A stretch of 64,000 nt of DNA from an uncultured Bacteroidales bacterium (GCA_963825165.1 CAWGRY010000003.1:129605-193604); one strand, 5' to 3'; counted from the stretch's first letter, positions 47,042-55,126 are shown. The notes: generated from the sequence alone by a model not told the origin. Program-made: numbers and translations.

Positions 47042-48120
47042 TGGAAAAGAGACTGATACTGGCTGTAAACCCGGGATCAACCAGTACGAAGCTTGCATTG
47101 TATGACGGTGATAAACAGCTCTTTGAGAAGACCCTGAGGCATACTGCCGAAGAACTTGCAGGTTTCAGGAGAATAGTTGATCAGCTGACCTTCAGGCATG
47201 ACATTATAATGAAGGCTCTTGAAACTGAAAAGACGGATCTGAAGAATATTATAGCCATAGTGGGCAGGGGTGGATTGGTAAATCCAATTGAATCGGGTAT
47301 TTATGAAGTCAATGACCTGATGAAGAAACACCTCTCGGAGGCAGTGAACGGAGAACATGCCAGCAATCTGGGAGCGCTCATCGCAGGCGAGATCAAAAAG
47401 GACCTCCCTGAGGCTAAAGCCTATATTGTTGACCCTGTGGTTGTTGATGAACTGGAGCCGGTAGCCCGCCTCTCAGGTCATCCGGCTATATACAGAAAAT
47501 CGATCTTTCATGCGCTTAACCAGAAGGCTGTTGCACGGGTATATGCTGCCTCGGTCGGCAAGGAGTATGAGGACCTGAATCTGGTCATCGCTCACATGGG
47601 AGGGGGAATAAGCGTCGGGGCTCACCGGAGAGGGAGGGTGATAGATGTCAATAACGCGCTGAACGGTGACGGACCGTACTCACCTGAACGCAGCGGCGGG
47701 TTACCCGCGCTACAGCTTGCTGACATATGCTTCAGCGGCAGATATACCAATGATGAGGTGGGATCGATGATTGCCGGTAAGGGAGGGATGGTCGCTTATC
47801 TCGGCACCAACAGCTTCATGGAAGCATGTAAAAGAGCAGAAGCGGGCGATGATTACGCTGCCCTTATTGTGGAAGGCTGCAGCTATCAGACAGCCAAGGA
47901 GATAGGAGCAATGGCGGCTGTCCTTGGCGGAAATGTGGATGCTATCATCATGACAGGTGGACTGGCATATGATGCAAAGCATGTGGAGCGGGTAAGCGCC
48001 ATGGTGAAAAAGATTGCACCAGTCTTTGTTTATCCGGGTGAGGATGAGCTGAAGGCCCTGGCATTCAATGGCTTACTTGCCGTTACAGGGCGGATATCCG
48101 TAAAAGAATACAAGGGATAG
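47041..48120 (+). CDS. buk: butyrate kinase
   Basis: 359 aa with ILAVNPGSTSTKLALY, HASNLGA, IAHMGGGISVGAH and MTGGLAY. Its ATG overlaps the preceding stop (TGATG). Confidence 0.93.
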   Translation: MEKRLILAVNPGSTSTKLALYDGDKQLFEKTLRHTAEELAGFRRIVDQLTFRHDIIMKALETEKTDLKNIIAIVGRGGLVNPIESGIYEVNDLMKKHLSEAVNGEHASNLGALIAGEIKKDLPEAKAYIVDPVVVDELEPVARLSGHPAIYRKSIFHALNQKAVARVYAASVGKEYEDLNLVIAHMGGGISVGAHRRGRVIDVNNALNGDGPYSPERSGGLPALQLADICFSGRYTNDEVGSMIAGKGGMVAYLGTNSFMEACKRAEAGDDYAALIVEGCSYQTAKEIGAMAAVLGGNVDAIIMTGGLAYDAKHVERVSAMVKKIAPVFVYPGEDELKALAFNGLLAVTGRISVKEYKG

Positions 48121-48139
48121 ACCTGTCTCCAGTCTTCAG

Positions 48140-48174
48140 TCGCAAATCGCAAATCGCAAATCGCAAATCGCAAA
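48140..48174 (+). repeat. tandem heptamer array (TCGCAAA, the same unit as AATCGCA) x5
   Basis: Five exact units run from 48140 to 48174. The array is preceded by AGACCTGTCTCC...CTTCAG, which also occurs at 34939-34957. Confidence 0.95.
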
Positions 48175-48209
48175 TACACAGTCTTTTTCGCTGACTTTGG
48201 CCTGCCATA

Positions 48210-48905
48210 TTATGGCACAGAAAGTGCCACCGGCAGAATTTTCCCGTTAAAGAATTTATTCCCGTTGACTGCAAAATCCGCAATAAATGCTGCCATCTCT
48301 GCGGGTGAGACGGGTGCAGCGGCACCAGGGAAAGCCTGGCTGAACATCTCTGTCTGCACCGCACCCGGGCAGAGACAGTTGAATGAGATACCCCTGTCAG
48401 CATATTCAGCCGCAAGGCACTCGGTAAGGATCGCCAGTGCTCCCTTGGTAGCGCTGTAGTAGGAGAGACCTGCAAACTTCAGGCTGCCCTGAAAGCCTCC
48501 CATACTGCCGATATTCACAACATGAGAACCTTTAGAGAAAAGAGGCATAAGCTCTGCAATCAGGGCTGCTGCCGCTGTGAAGTTGACAGAAACCATTGAT
48601 GCAATCTCATTTTCACTCTGTTCTGTGAATGGCTTATTCACGAGATGGCCGGCATTATTAATAAGAATGTCTATTCTGCCCGGATCAATGCTGAGGCTCT
48701 TTTTAAGCTCTCTGAGCGATGATCCCGGCCCGGCAATGTCCATGGGTATTCCGGTAATGTTTTTGTAAGGGCAGCCTTCGGCAAGGCTCCTGAGAGCTTC
48801 TTTGTTGCGGGAGATGGCAATCAGGCGGTTCCGGGAGTCCGCGGCCAGTTTCAAAACGACCTCCCTGCCAATGCCTGACGATGCTCCGGTGACAATGATA
48901 TTCAT
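48210..48905 (-). CDS. SDR family oxidoreductase
   Basis: 231 aa with TGASSGIG, NNAG and the YSATK catalytic motif. Confidence 0.88.
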   Translation of the reverse strand: MNIIVTGASSGIGREVVLKLAADSRNRLIAISRNKEALRSLAEGCPYKNITGIPMDIAGPGSSLRELKKSLSIDPGRIDILINNAGHLVNKPFTEQSENEIASMVSVNFTAAAALIAELMPLFSKGSHVVNIGSMGGFQGSLKFAGLSYYSATKGALAILTECLAAEYADRGISFNCLCPGAVQTEMFSQAFPGAAAPVSPAEMAAFIADFAVNGNKFFNGKILPVALSVP

Positions 48906-49012
48906 TTTATTTTCAGTGTGTTGGATTGTATTTGTATTTTTTAGTCAAAGACACTTAGTGTAAATATACTAATTTTGCTTTTATTTGTACCCTCTTTCCA
49001 GGATTGGGCCCG

Positions 49013-49639
49013 ATGAAGAACATTATAATTTTAATTGCAGGTATATTACTGAATACAAGCTTGTTCGGACAGACAGTAACTGAGCAGCAAAAGGCTGTAT
49101 ATGATCCGCAGAAGACCGTGACGGGACAGACCCAGTCGAAACCTGATCAGCGACCGCCACTCAGGGAGAGGTTGTTTTTCGGCGGCTACTTCGGGCTGCA
49201 GTTTGGAGATTATACGAACATAGAAGTTTCTCCCACGATCGGGGTATGGGTGCTGCCGCGTGTTGCCATAGCTGCCGGACCGTCATTCCAGTATTATGCT
49301 ACGCCATATATTGAAACAACCATCTACGGCGGCACCTCTTATGTTCAACTGATGATCCTGCGTGATCTGAATAACATCCTGCCTGTCGGCATTCACCTCG
49401 GTATCTATGGTCAGGCTGAATATGAAGGACAAAGTCTGGATAACTCATATGTATCATATATCAGTGGCTTGCCCGATTCTGGGGGCAGGATGTACTCGGA
49501 TGCATTCCTTCTCGGTGCAGGCATATCCCAGCCTCTTGGCGGCAGGGCATCCATAAACCTGAGTTTTCTCTGGGCTCTGAACCAGCCGGAGTACTATGTC
49601 TATGATTTACCGGAGATAAGGGTAAGCTTTCAGTTTTAA
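49013..49639 (+). CDS. hypothetical secreted / outer-membrane protein
   Basis: About 208 aa from ATG 49013 with signal-like MKNIIILIAGILLNTSLFGQ. The sequence is Gly/aromatic-rich and ends in ...RVSFQF, suggesting a beta-barrel. Confidence 0.5.
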   Translation: MKNIIILIAGILLNTSLFGQTVTEQQKAVYDPQKTVTGQTQSKPDQRPPLRERLFFGGYFGLQFGDYTNIEVSPTIGVWVLPRVAIAAGPSFQYYATPYIETTIYGGTSYVQLMILRDLNNILPVGIHLGIYGQAEYEGQSLDNSYVSYISGLPDSGGRMYSDAFLLGAGISQPLGGRASINLSFLWALNQPEYYVYDLPEIRVSFQF

Positions 49640-49679
49640 TTTATATAAATGTATATATTTAATTATAAAACAAATATTT

Positions 49680-50213
49680 ATGAAACTTGATTATAGCAAA
49701 TTTGTTTCACTTATCTATACCCTCCACGAGGGTGACATCAAGGGTAAGTTACTCGAGACGGTGGAGGAGGCTGCTCCCCTGAATTTTGTCTTCGGAACTG
49801 GCAGGTTACTTCCGGCATTTGAAGAAAATCTGGCTGGACTGGAGGAAGGATCAGTCTTTGATTTCCACCTCGATGCCGTTAATGCCTACGGGGAAAAGCG
49901 CGAGGAGATGCTGATCAGCCTGCCGAGAAATATCTTCGAAGATGAAGGAGTTCTGAGGAGCGAAATATGTTTTGTGGGCAATACCGTACCCATGATGGAT
50001 TCGCACGGTGAACGGATGAACGGTATTGTGACAGAGATCGGCGATGATTTTGTGAAAATGGATTTCAACCATCCGCTTGCCGGCACTGACCTGCATTTCT
50101 CAGGCAAGGTCATTGGTGTGCGTGAAGCCACCCCGGAAGAGTTAATGGGTCCGTCAACAGGTTGCTCTTCATGCGGCAGCAGGGACAGCGGTTGCGGCGG
50201 CAGCTGCGGTTGA
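49680..50213 (+). CDS. slyD: FKBP-type peptidyl-prolyl isomerase, SlyD-like, with a Cys-rich tail
   Basis: 177 aa with FVFGTGRLLPAFEENLAGLEEG, AYGEKREE and DFNHPLAGTDLHFSGKV. The C-terminus is GCSSCGSRDSGCGGSCG. Confidence 0.85.
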   Translation: MKLDYSKFVSLIYTLHEGDIKGKLLETVEEAAPLNFVFGTGRLLPAFEENLAGLEEGSVFDFHLDAVNAYGEKREEMLISLPRNIFEDEGVLRSEICFVGNTVPMMDSHGERMNGIVTEIGDDFVKMDFNHPLAGTDLHFSGKVIGVREATPEELMGPSTGCSSCGSRDSGCGGSCG

Positions 50214-50285
50214 GGCCGGAAGCATGAACCACAGGGCATGGGGAAGAGAATCAAACGGTTTTGACTTCCCCGCAGCCCATGCACT

Positions 50286-50450
50286 ATTCTCCCTCTCCCA
50301 GGCTCCAAACTCCCTGCTTTCTGCGCTCTGAACCAGGCTTATAGCTCCCTGACCCAGGTTGCCTGCTTCTGCGCTCTGCCCCAGCCTCATAGCTCCATGC
50401 CCCGTACTCCCTCAATTCTCCCTGCCCCAGGCTCATAGCTCCATGCGATG
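50286..50450. repeat. degenerate ~47-bp tandem repeat block (about 3.5 units)
   Basis: CCAGSCTYATAGCTCC occurs at 50333, 50381 and 50427. CTGCTT(T)CTGCGCTCTG occurs at 50315 and 50363. AATTCTCCCT..CCCAGGCTC occurs at 50285 and 50414. Confidence 0.8.
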
Positions 50451-50674
50451 TCCTGAGCATCTCCCCCTCTGACATTACGTTTATCTGCGTCGCAAACGCA
50501 TCACCATACACCTGGTAGCCATATGGTTTCTATTTGCATGGTCAGAATTGAAAATTCCGGGAGGGTGGAGATAAAGTCTGCAAAAAATTGATTCCTGACG
50601 ACTTGAGGTTTTTTGGTGTTCCCATTATAAAATCTCGTATATACTTCTGGCGATAGCGTATAAAAACAAGTCGA

Positions 50675-50688
50675 TTTACAAATGTAAA
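50675..50688. promoter_or_regulatory. perfect palindrome TTTACA-AA-TGTAAA (site a)
   Basis: Seen directly. It is a member of a 5-copy motif family in this intergenic region. Confidence 0.6.
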
Positions 50689-50743
50689 CTAATCAATTTG
50701 ATTGAAATCAAGTAAATATCGTTACTGATGTTATCAACATTCA

Positions 50744-50757
50744 TTTACGTTTGTAAA
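50744..50757. promoter_or_regulatory. palindrome TTTACG-TT-TGTAAA (site b)
   Basis: It differs from the consensus by one mismatch. Confidence 0.55.
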
Positions 50758-51027
50758 TTAAATCTGCCATCGATATTTCAAAAACATATATAACATATTA
50801 TCAATCATTTATATTAAATTATATACAATAATAGTTTATTACATGTGACACTGAAAGACCAGCATTGTTTAGAATTGATTATATTTCTTAGCATAAAATA
50901 CATATAATCAGTCAGTAGTAAGTTCTAAAGTCAATAATTAAATCAGATAATTAATGTAGTAAATGGCAGCAATTCTGGTTCACATGATGAAATACCGGCG
51001 ATATGCATAGAGTTATATTTAAGCTAC

Positions 51028-51087
51028 ATTACAAATGTAAATCAAATTATGTTACACATGTAAACTTTACTTTATTTACATTTGTAA
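51028..51087. promoter_or_regulatory. three clustered TTTACA-N2-TGTAAA-like palindromes (sites c, d, e) immediately upstream of the HTH gene, with site e overlapping a -7 box
   Basis: ATTACAAATGTAAAT lies at 51028-42, GTTACACATGTAAAC at 51051-65 and TTTACATTTGTAAC at 51074-87, with centres ~22-23 bp apart. TACATTTG (51076-83) fits TAnnTTTG and lies 20 nt before ATG 51103. Confidence 0.6.
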
Positions 51088-51102
51088 CAAACACTTTATG
51101 AT

Positions 51103-51543
51103 ATGAAAGAGAGAATCCTTGCCTTTTTACAGAGTGAAAACAAGAGCGCTGCTCAATTTGCTGAGGAAATTGGGGTTCAGCCTTCAGGAATATCTCATAT
51201 AATCTCAGGAAGAAACAATCCCAGTCTCGATTTTGTGATGAAAATGCTGTATAAATATTCCTCTTTGTCAGCAGAATGGTTACTGTTTGGTCGAGGTGCA
51301 ATGTATAAATACACGTCCCAGCCAACCTTATTTGATATTCCGCTCTCAGAGGGCGTTTCCGGAGAGGCCGTGGATGAAGTCACCGGGCTGCCACCTGAGT
51401 CTGTTCTCTCTGCAGAAAGCCATGAAACATTGTCAGGATCCGGTAGTCTGAGGAAGGATGAACCGGGAACAAACGATAAGGTCCTGACAAAGGTCTTGTT
51501 ATTCTATTCTGACAAAACCTGCTCTGAATACAATCCAGCCTGA
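51103..51543 (+). CDS. XRE-family helix-turn-helix transcriptional regulator
   Basis: 146 aa. The N-terminal HTH is KSAAQFAEEIGVQPSGISHIISGRNNPSLDFVMKML...WLLFG, and the C-terminal half is low-complexity. Confidence 0.8.
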   Translation: MKERILAFLQSENKSAAQFAEEIGVQPSGISHIISGRNNPSLDFVMKMLYKYSSLSAEWLLFGRGAMYKYTSQPTLFDIPLSEGVSGEAVDEVTGLPPESVLSAESHETLSGSGSLRKDEPGTNDKVLTKVLLFYSDKTCSEYNPA

Positions 51544-51563
51544 AAAGATCTGCTCAAATTTTC

Positions 51564-51571
51564 TACCTTTG
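51564..51571 (+). promoter_or_regulatory. -7 promoter box TAnnTTTG for pyrK-pyrD
   Basis: TACCTTTG lies 21 nt upstream of ATG 51592. Confidence 0.5.
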
Positions 51572-51591
51572 CAGGTGGGTAAATAGCTCTG

Positions 51592-52377
51592 ATGAAAAAG
51601 AGGATAGAAGATTTTACTGTAACTGAAAACCAACGGCTGAAAGACGGTTTTTATGTCATAAAGCTTTCTTCTCCAACACCTTTACCTGAAATACTGCCCG
51701 GACAGTTCGCACAGGTCCTCGTTACTGACAGCCCTGCAACATTTCTTCGCCGTCCGCTCTCTGTGCATGATGTGGATTTTTCTGAAAACACGATCTCGCT
51801 CCTGGTACAGGTTTCGGGCAAAGGAACTGAGCATTTATCAAGGTTGCAGCCTGGTGAAAAACTTAACCTGATCTATCCCCTGGGTAACTCATTCACTCTT
51901 CCGCAAAAGGGGGAGAGCGTGCTTCTGACAGGCGGCGGTTGCGGAATGGCTCCGCTGTTCTATCTCGGACGCAAGGTAATTGAATCAGGTGCTTATCCTC
52001 ATTTTGCACTTGGTTTCCGCAACAGGTCCAGAATAATCGGGCAGGACGAGTTCAGGAAGCTCGGGGAAGTGCATCTTGCCACCGAAGATGGGTCGGAGGG
52101 ATACCGGGGTTTTGTCACAGGCATACCGGCTTTCAGAGAGGAGAAATGGGACAGGGTATACAGCTGCGGTCCTGAGCCGATGATGAAAGCAGTTGCTGCC
52201 GAATGCCTTGCCAGGGACATTTTCTGTGAAGTGTCTCTCGAGAACCTGATGGCGTGCGGCATAGGTGCATGCCTGTGCTGCGTGGTATCTACCACCTCCG
52301 GTAACCTGTGCACATGCACTGACGGACCGGTGTTTAACGTACGCAACCTGAAATGGCAGATCTCCGGACAAAAATAG
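51592..52377 (+). CDS. pyrK: dihydroorotate dehydrogenase B electron-transfer subunit
   Basis: 261 aa with the FAD/NAD-binding fold ([15 protein letters not shown]) and a C-terminal 2Fe-2S motif [10 protein letters not shown]...C. Confidence 0.9.
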   Translation: MKKRIEDFTVTENQRLKDGFYVIKLSSPTPLPEILPGQFAQVLVTDSPATFLRRPLSVHDVDFSENTISLLVQVSGKGTEHLSRLQPGEKLNLIYPLGNSFTLPQKGESVLLTGGGCGMAPLFYLGRKVIESGAYPHFALGFRNRSRIIGQDEFRKLGEVHLATEDGSEGYRGFVTGIPAFREEKWDRVYSCGPEPMMKAVAAECLARDIFCEVSLENLMACGIGACLCCVVSTTSGNLCTCTDGPVFNVRNLKWQISGQK

Positions 52378-53267
52378 GATCACTTCTTCTTAAAAACCCG
52401 GTGCTGATGGCATCAGGCACCTGCGGATACGGTTCCGAGTTCGACGATTTCATTGATATCGCACAACTGGGCGGTATCATTGTCAAGGGAACCACCCTCG
52501 AGCCCAGGGAAGGTAATCCCTACCCGAGAATGGCAGAGACCGCCTCCGGGATGCTGAACGCAGTGGGACTTCAGAACAAAGGCATAGATTATTTTGAAAA
52601 GAACATATATCCACATCTTTCACAGTATGATACCAATGTCATAGTCAATGTTAACGGCAACACCGTGGAGGAATATACCGGGCTCTCCCGTCGTATTGAC
52701 AACCTGGCTGCCATACGTGCCATCGAGCTGAATATATCATGCCCCAACGTGAAAAAGGGAGGCATGATCTTCGGAACAAATCCTGACTCAGCCAGGGAAG
52801 TCATTGCGGCTGTCCGTAAAGTATATCACAAAACACTGATAGTCAAGCTATCACCAAATGTCACAGATATAACTGAGTTTGCCCGTATCTCCGAAGGCGA
52901 GGGAGCTGATGCCATCTCACTGATCAATACCCTGGTCGGGATGGCTGTAGATGCCGGCACCATGAAGCCAAAGCTTTCCACCGTAACGGGAGGTCTCTCA
53001 GGCCCGGCAATCAAGCCCGTGGCTCTCAGGATGGTATGGCAGGCTGCAAAAGCCGTCACAATCCCAGTGATCGGTATCGGCGGTATCATGAATGCCGAAG
53101 ACGCCATAGAATTTATATTGGCCGGTGCTACTGCCGTGCAGGTCGGTACGGCTTCATTTATTGACCCGCGGACAGCCGTTAACGTAATCGCAGGAATAAC
53201 TTCGTTCCTTGACGGCAAGGGATTTGCCACTGTCAGCCAGATCACAGGAATTATTAATAGGAATTAA
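52353..53267 (+). CDS. pyrD: dihydroorotate dehydrogenase B catalytic subunit
   Basis: 304 aa with [39 protein letters not shown] and IGIGGI. Confidence 0.94.
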   Translation: MADLRTKIGSLLLKNPVLMASGTCGYGSEFDDFIDIAQLGGIIVKGTTLEPREGNPYPRMAETASGMLNAVGLQNKGIDYFEKNIYPHLSQYDTNVIVNVNGNTVEEYTGLSRRIDNLAAIRAIELNISCPNVKKGGMIFGTNPDSAREVIAAVRKVYHKTLIVKLSPNVTDITEFARISEGEGADAISLINTLVGMAVDAGTMKPKLSTVTGGLSGPAIKPVALRMVWQAAKAVTIPVIGIGGIMNAEDAIEFILAGATAVQVGTASFIDPRTAVNVIAGITSFLDGKGFATVSQITGIINRN

Positions 53268-53280
53268 AGTCCTTTCACTT

Positions 53281-53288
53281 TAAATTTG
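53281..53288 (+). promoter_or_regulatory. possible -7 promoter box for the lrp-like gene
   Basis: TAAATTTG lies 51 nt upstream of ATG 53339. Confidence 0.35.
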
Positions 53289-53338
53289 TAACTTTATGGC
53301 CGGAATAGGTTTTATAATCTTTAATATGATAACTAATT

Positions 53339-53809
53339 ATGGCAGAAAACTTGCAAATTGACAATTTAGACAGAAAAATCCTGGATATTATCACCAAGAA
53401 TGCCAGGATACCCTATCTGGAGGTAGCGCGCGACTGCAATGTGTCGGGTGCAGCGATACATCAGAGGGTCCAGAGGCTGATAAGGATTGGCGTAATAAAA
53501 GGGTCAGAGTTCAAGGTCGATCCGGTGATGGTCGGATTCAGAACCTGTGCATACATAGGAATGTTTCTTGATAACCCCGGCAAATACAAGGAAGTCATCA
53601 AGAAGCTCAAGGATATACCTGAAGTAATTGAATGTCACTACACAACAGGCAACTATTCACTCTTCATCAAGGTATATGCACGTGATAATGAGCATCTTCG
53701 TGAAGTACTTACGGATAAGCTCCAGGTAATTCCCGGCGTTGTGAGGACTGAGACTCTTATCTCGCTCGAGGAATCGATCAGCAGGCAGATACCTGTGCTG
53801 TCAAAATAA
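53339..53809 (+). CDS. Lrp/AsnC family transcriptional regulator
   Basis: 156 aa with LDRKILDIITKNARIPYLEVARDCNVSGAAIHQRVQRL followed by a RAM/ASNC-type domain. Confidence 0.92.
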   Translation: MAENLQIDNLDRKILDIITKNARIPYLEVARDCNVSGAAIHQRVQRLIRIGVIKGSEFKVDPVMVGFRTCAYIGMFLDNPGKYKEVIKKLKDIPEVIECHYTTGNYSLFIKVYARDNEHLREVLTDKLQVIPGVVRTETLISLEESISRQIPVLSK

Positions 53810-53831
53810 ACTGGTTTTGCTTTTCTTGCAT

Positions 53832-53864
53832 GAGAGACGCCTGAAGAGAGCGTCTCTTTTTTTA
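53832..53864 (+). terminator. Rho-independent terminator after lrp
   Basis: AGAGACGC (53833-40) pairs with GCGTCTCT (53850-57), followed by a T run. Confidence 0.8.
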
Positions 53865-53868
53865 TGCT

Positions 53869-53933
53869 GGGATTATGCCGCCTGTCGGCGGCATGATGAT
53901 CAGACGGGATTATGCCGCTTGCGACGGCATGAT
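53869..53933. repeat. two tandem copies of a ~29-nt palindrome-containing unit
   Basis: GGGATTATGCCGCCTGTCGGCGGCATGAT (53869-97) and GGGATTATGCCGCTTGCGACGGCATGAT (53906-33). Each contains an ATGCCG...CGGCAT hairpin. Confidence 0.9.
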
Positions 53934-54043
53934 CCCTCAAGGGGGACTTCTACAAAGCAAACGATGCCGTCCTGACTGCATCAGGACTTATCATTTGTTG
54001 TTTTCTTCGAGGAACTTAAGACCTGACGGCTTGTTCCTCTCTT

Positions 54044-54080
54044 AAAACAACAAATGCTCCTCCCGGAGCATCGTTTGTTT
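54044..54080 (-). terminator. hairpin plus T-run terminator downstream of tRNA-Lys
   Basis: The minus strand reads CAAACGATGCTCC-GGGA-GGAGCATTTGTTG followed by TTTTAAG. Confidence 0.55.
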
Positions 54081-54082
54081 TG

Positions 54083-54155
54083 TGATCCAGCTGGGATTCG
54101 AACCCAGGACCCCATCCTTAAAAGGGATGTGCTCTACCAGCTGAGCTACTGAATC
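54083..54155 (-). tRNA. tRNA-Lys (anticodon UUU)
   Basis: The minus strand folds by hand into a 73-nt cloverleaf: GATTCAG TA GCTC AGCTGGTA GAGC A CATCC CTTTTAA GGATG GGGTC CTGGG TTCGAAT CCCAG CTGGATC A. The acceptor stem is 7 bp with one G-U pair. CCA is not encoded. Confidence 0.95.
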
Positions 54156-54175
54156 AGTCCCATTTTTTGCGTGTG

Positions 54176-54183
54176 CAAATGTA
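54176..54183 (-). promoter_or_regulatory. -7 promoter box for tRNA-Lys
   Basis: The plus strand reads CAAATGTA, which is TACATTTG on the minus strand, 21-28 nt upstream of the tRNA 5' end. Confidence 0.5.
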
Positions 54184-54274
54184 GGGCAAATAATTTTCCG
54201 ATCAAAAAAATAATTGACTTTTATGGAAAATTGTAAAAAAAAATCCCCAGGGACTGATGACCCTTATTTGTAAC

Positions 54275-54282
54275 TATCTTTG
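54275..54282 (+). promoter_or_regulatory. -7 promoter box TAnnTTTG for the SDR gene
   Basis: TATCTTTG lies 19 nt upstream of ATG 54301. Confidence 0.45.
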
Positions 54283-54300
54283 TCCGCCATCATTTATAGC

Positions 54301-55122
54301 ATGAGACGCTATAACTTCAAAGATAAGGTAGTGATTGTGACCGGTGCTTCATCAGGCATTGGCAGGGCCACAGCGCTGGAATTTGCCCGCAACGGCAGCA
54401 AGGTCGTGATTGCAGCACGGTCGGCCGATAAGCTCCATTCACTGGAGGAGGAGATAACCAGCATTGGTGCCGTATCACTTGCCGTCGTTACCGATGTCTC
54501 AAAAGAGGAAGACTGCCGGAGAATGGTGGAGGCGACCATCGAAAAATTCGGTACAATACACATCCTTATCAATAATGCCGGCATTTCCATGAGAGCTTTA
54601 TTTGAGGAGGTGGAAATCTCAGTGTTAAAGCGACTTATGGATGTGAATTTCTGGGGCACTGTCTACTGCACGAGGTATGCCCTTCCCTATGTGGTCGCCA
54701 ACAAAGGTTCGATAGTAGGGGTATCATCTACCGCTGGCTATCACGGCCTGCCGGGACGAACGGGATATTCTGCCTCAAAGTTCGCCATCCACGGTTTCCT
54801 GGAGACACTAAGGATTGAGTACATGACGCAGAGGCTTCATGTTATGATCATCATGCCCGGATTTACCTCCTCCGATATACGCAGACACGCACTGCTGGCA
54901 GACGGATCTGAACAGGATGTCTCACCCAGGGAGGAGAAAAAAATGATGTCACCGGAATATGTGGCAACATGGGTCCTGAAAGGCATCAGAAAAAGGAAAA
55001 GAAACAAGATAATGACCGTGTCGGGCAGATTAATAGCCTTGCTGCAAAGGATTTTCCCCAAATCGATTGACTACCTCTTTTTCCTTACGATGAAAAACGA
55101 GCCTGACTCACCAATAAAGTAA
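54301..55122 (+). CDS. SDR family oxidoreductase
   Basis: About 273 aa from ATG 54301 with TGASSGIGRA, NNAGIS and YSASKFA. Confidence 0.88.
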   Translation: MRRYNFKDKVVIVTGASSGIGRATALEFARNGSKVVIAARSADKLHSLEEEITSIGAVSLAVVTDVSKEEDCRRMVEATIEKFGTIHILINNAGISMRALFEEVEISVLKRLMDVNFWGTVYCTRYALPYVVANKGSIVGVSSTAGYHGLPGRTGYSASKFAIHGFLETLRIEYMTQRLHVMIIMPGFTSSDIRRHALLADGSEQDVSPREEKKMMSPEYVATWVLKGIRKRKRNKIMTVSGRLIALLQRIFPKSIDYLFFLTMKNEPDSPIK

Positions 55123-55126
55123 AACC

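Noticed and set aside
48083-48475. 130-aa minus-strand ORF running through the heptamer array
   Set aside because: It overlaps the well-supported SDR gene (48210-48905) in another frame, and its C-terminal part is translated repeat (...[14 protein letters not shown]...).
50286-50450. Possible CRISPR array, also considered for the heptamer and octamer arrays
   Set aside because: The repeats are only 16-20 nt in about 3 copies, the spacers are themselves related to each other, and no cas genes are present. The 7- and 8-nt arrays have no spacers at all.
50169-50511. Minus-strand ORFs of 73 and 75 aa (GAMSLGQGELREYGAWSYEAG...)
   Set aside because: They lie entirely in the degenerate 47-bp repeat block and their periodic sequence mirrors the DNA repeat. 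There is no start context or promoter box. I treat them as non-coding, although expression data could revisit this.
50520-51102. Chromosomal replication origin (AT-rich, repeated motifs)
   Set aside because: Only weak one-mismatch DnaA-box look-alikes are present (TTATCAACA at ~50731). There is no dnaA or dnaN nearby, and the repeated motif is a palindrome that overlaps a promoter box of the adjacent HTH gene. An operator array is the simpler explanation. GC-skew analysis of the whole contig would settle it.
53653-53940. 95-aa minus-strand ORF overlapping the lrp 3' end, terminator and hairpin repeats
   Set aside because: It overlaps a confident gene and a terminator, and part of it is translated palindromic repeat.
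50214-54155. Integrated element at the tRNA-Lys 3' end
   Set aside because: The genes between the repeats and the tRNA are housekeeping (pyrK, pyrD, lrp, an HTH regulator). There is no integrase, excisionase or mobilisation gene, and no duplicated copy of the tRNA 3' end was seen.
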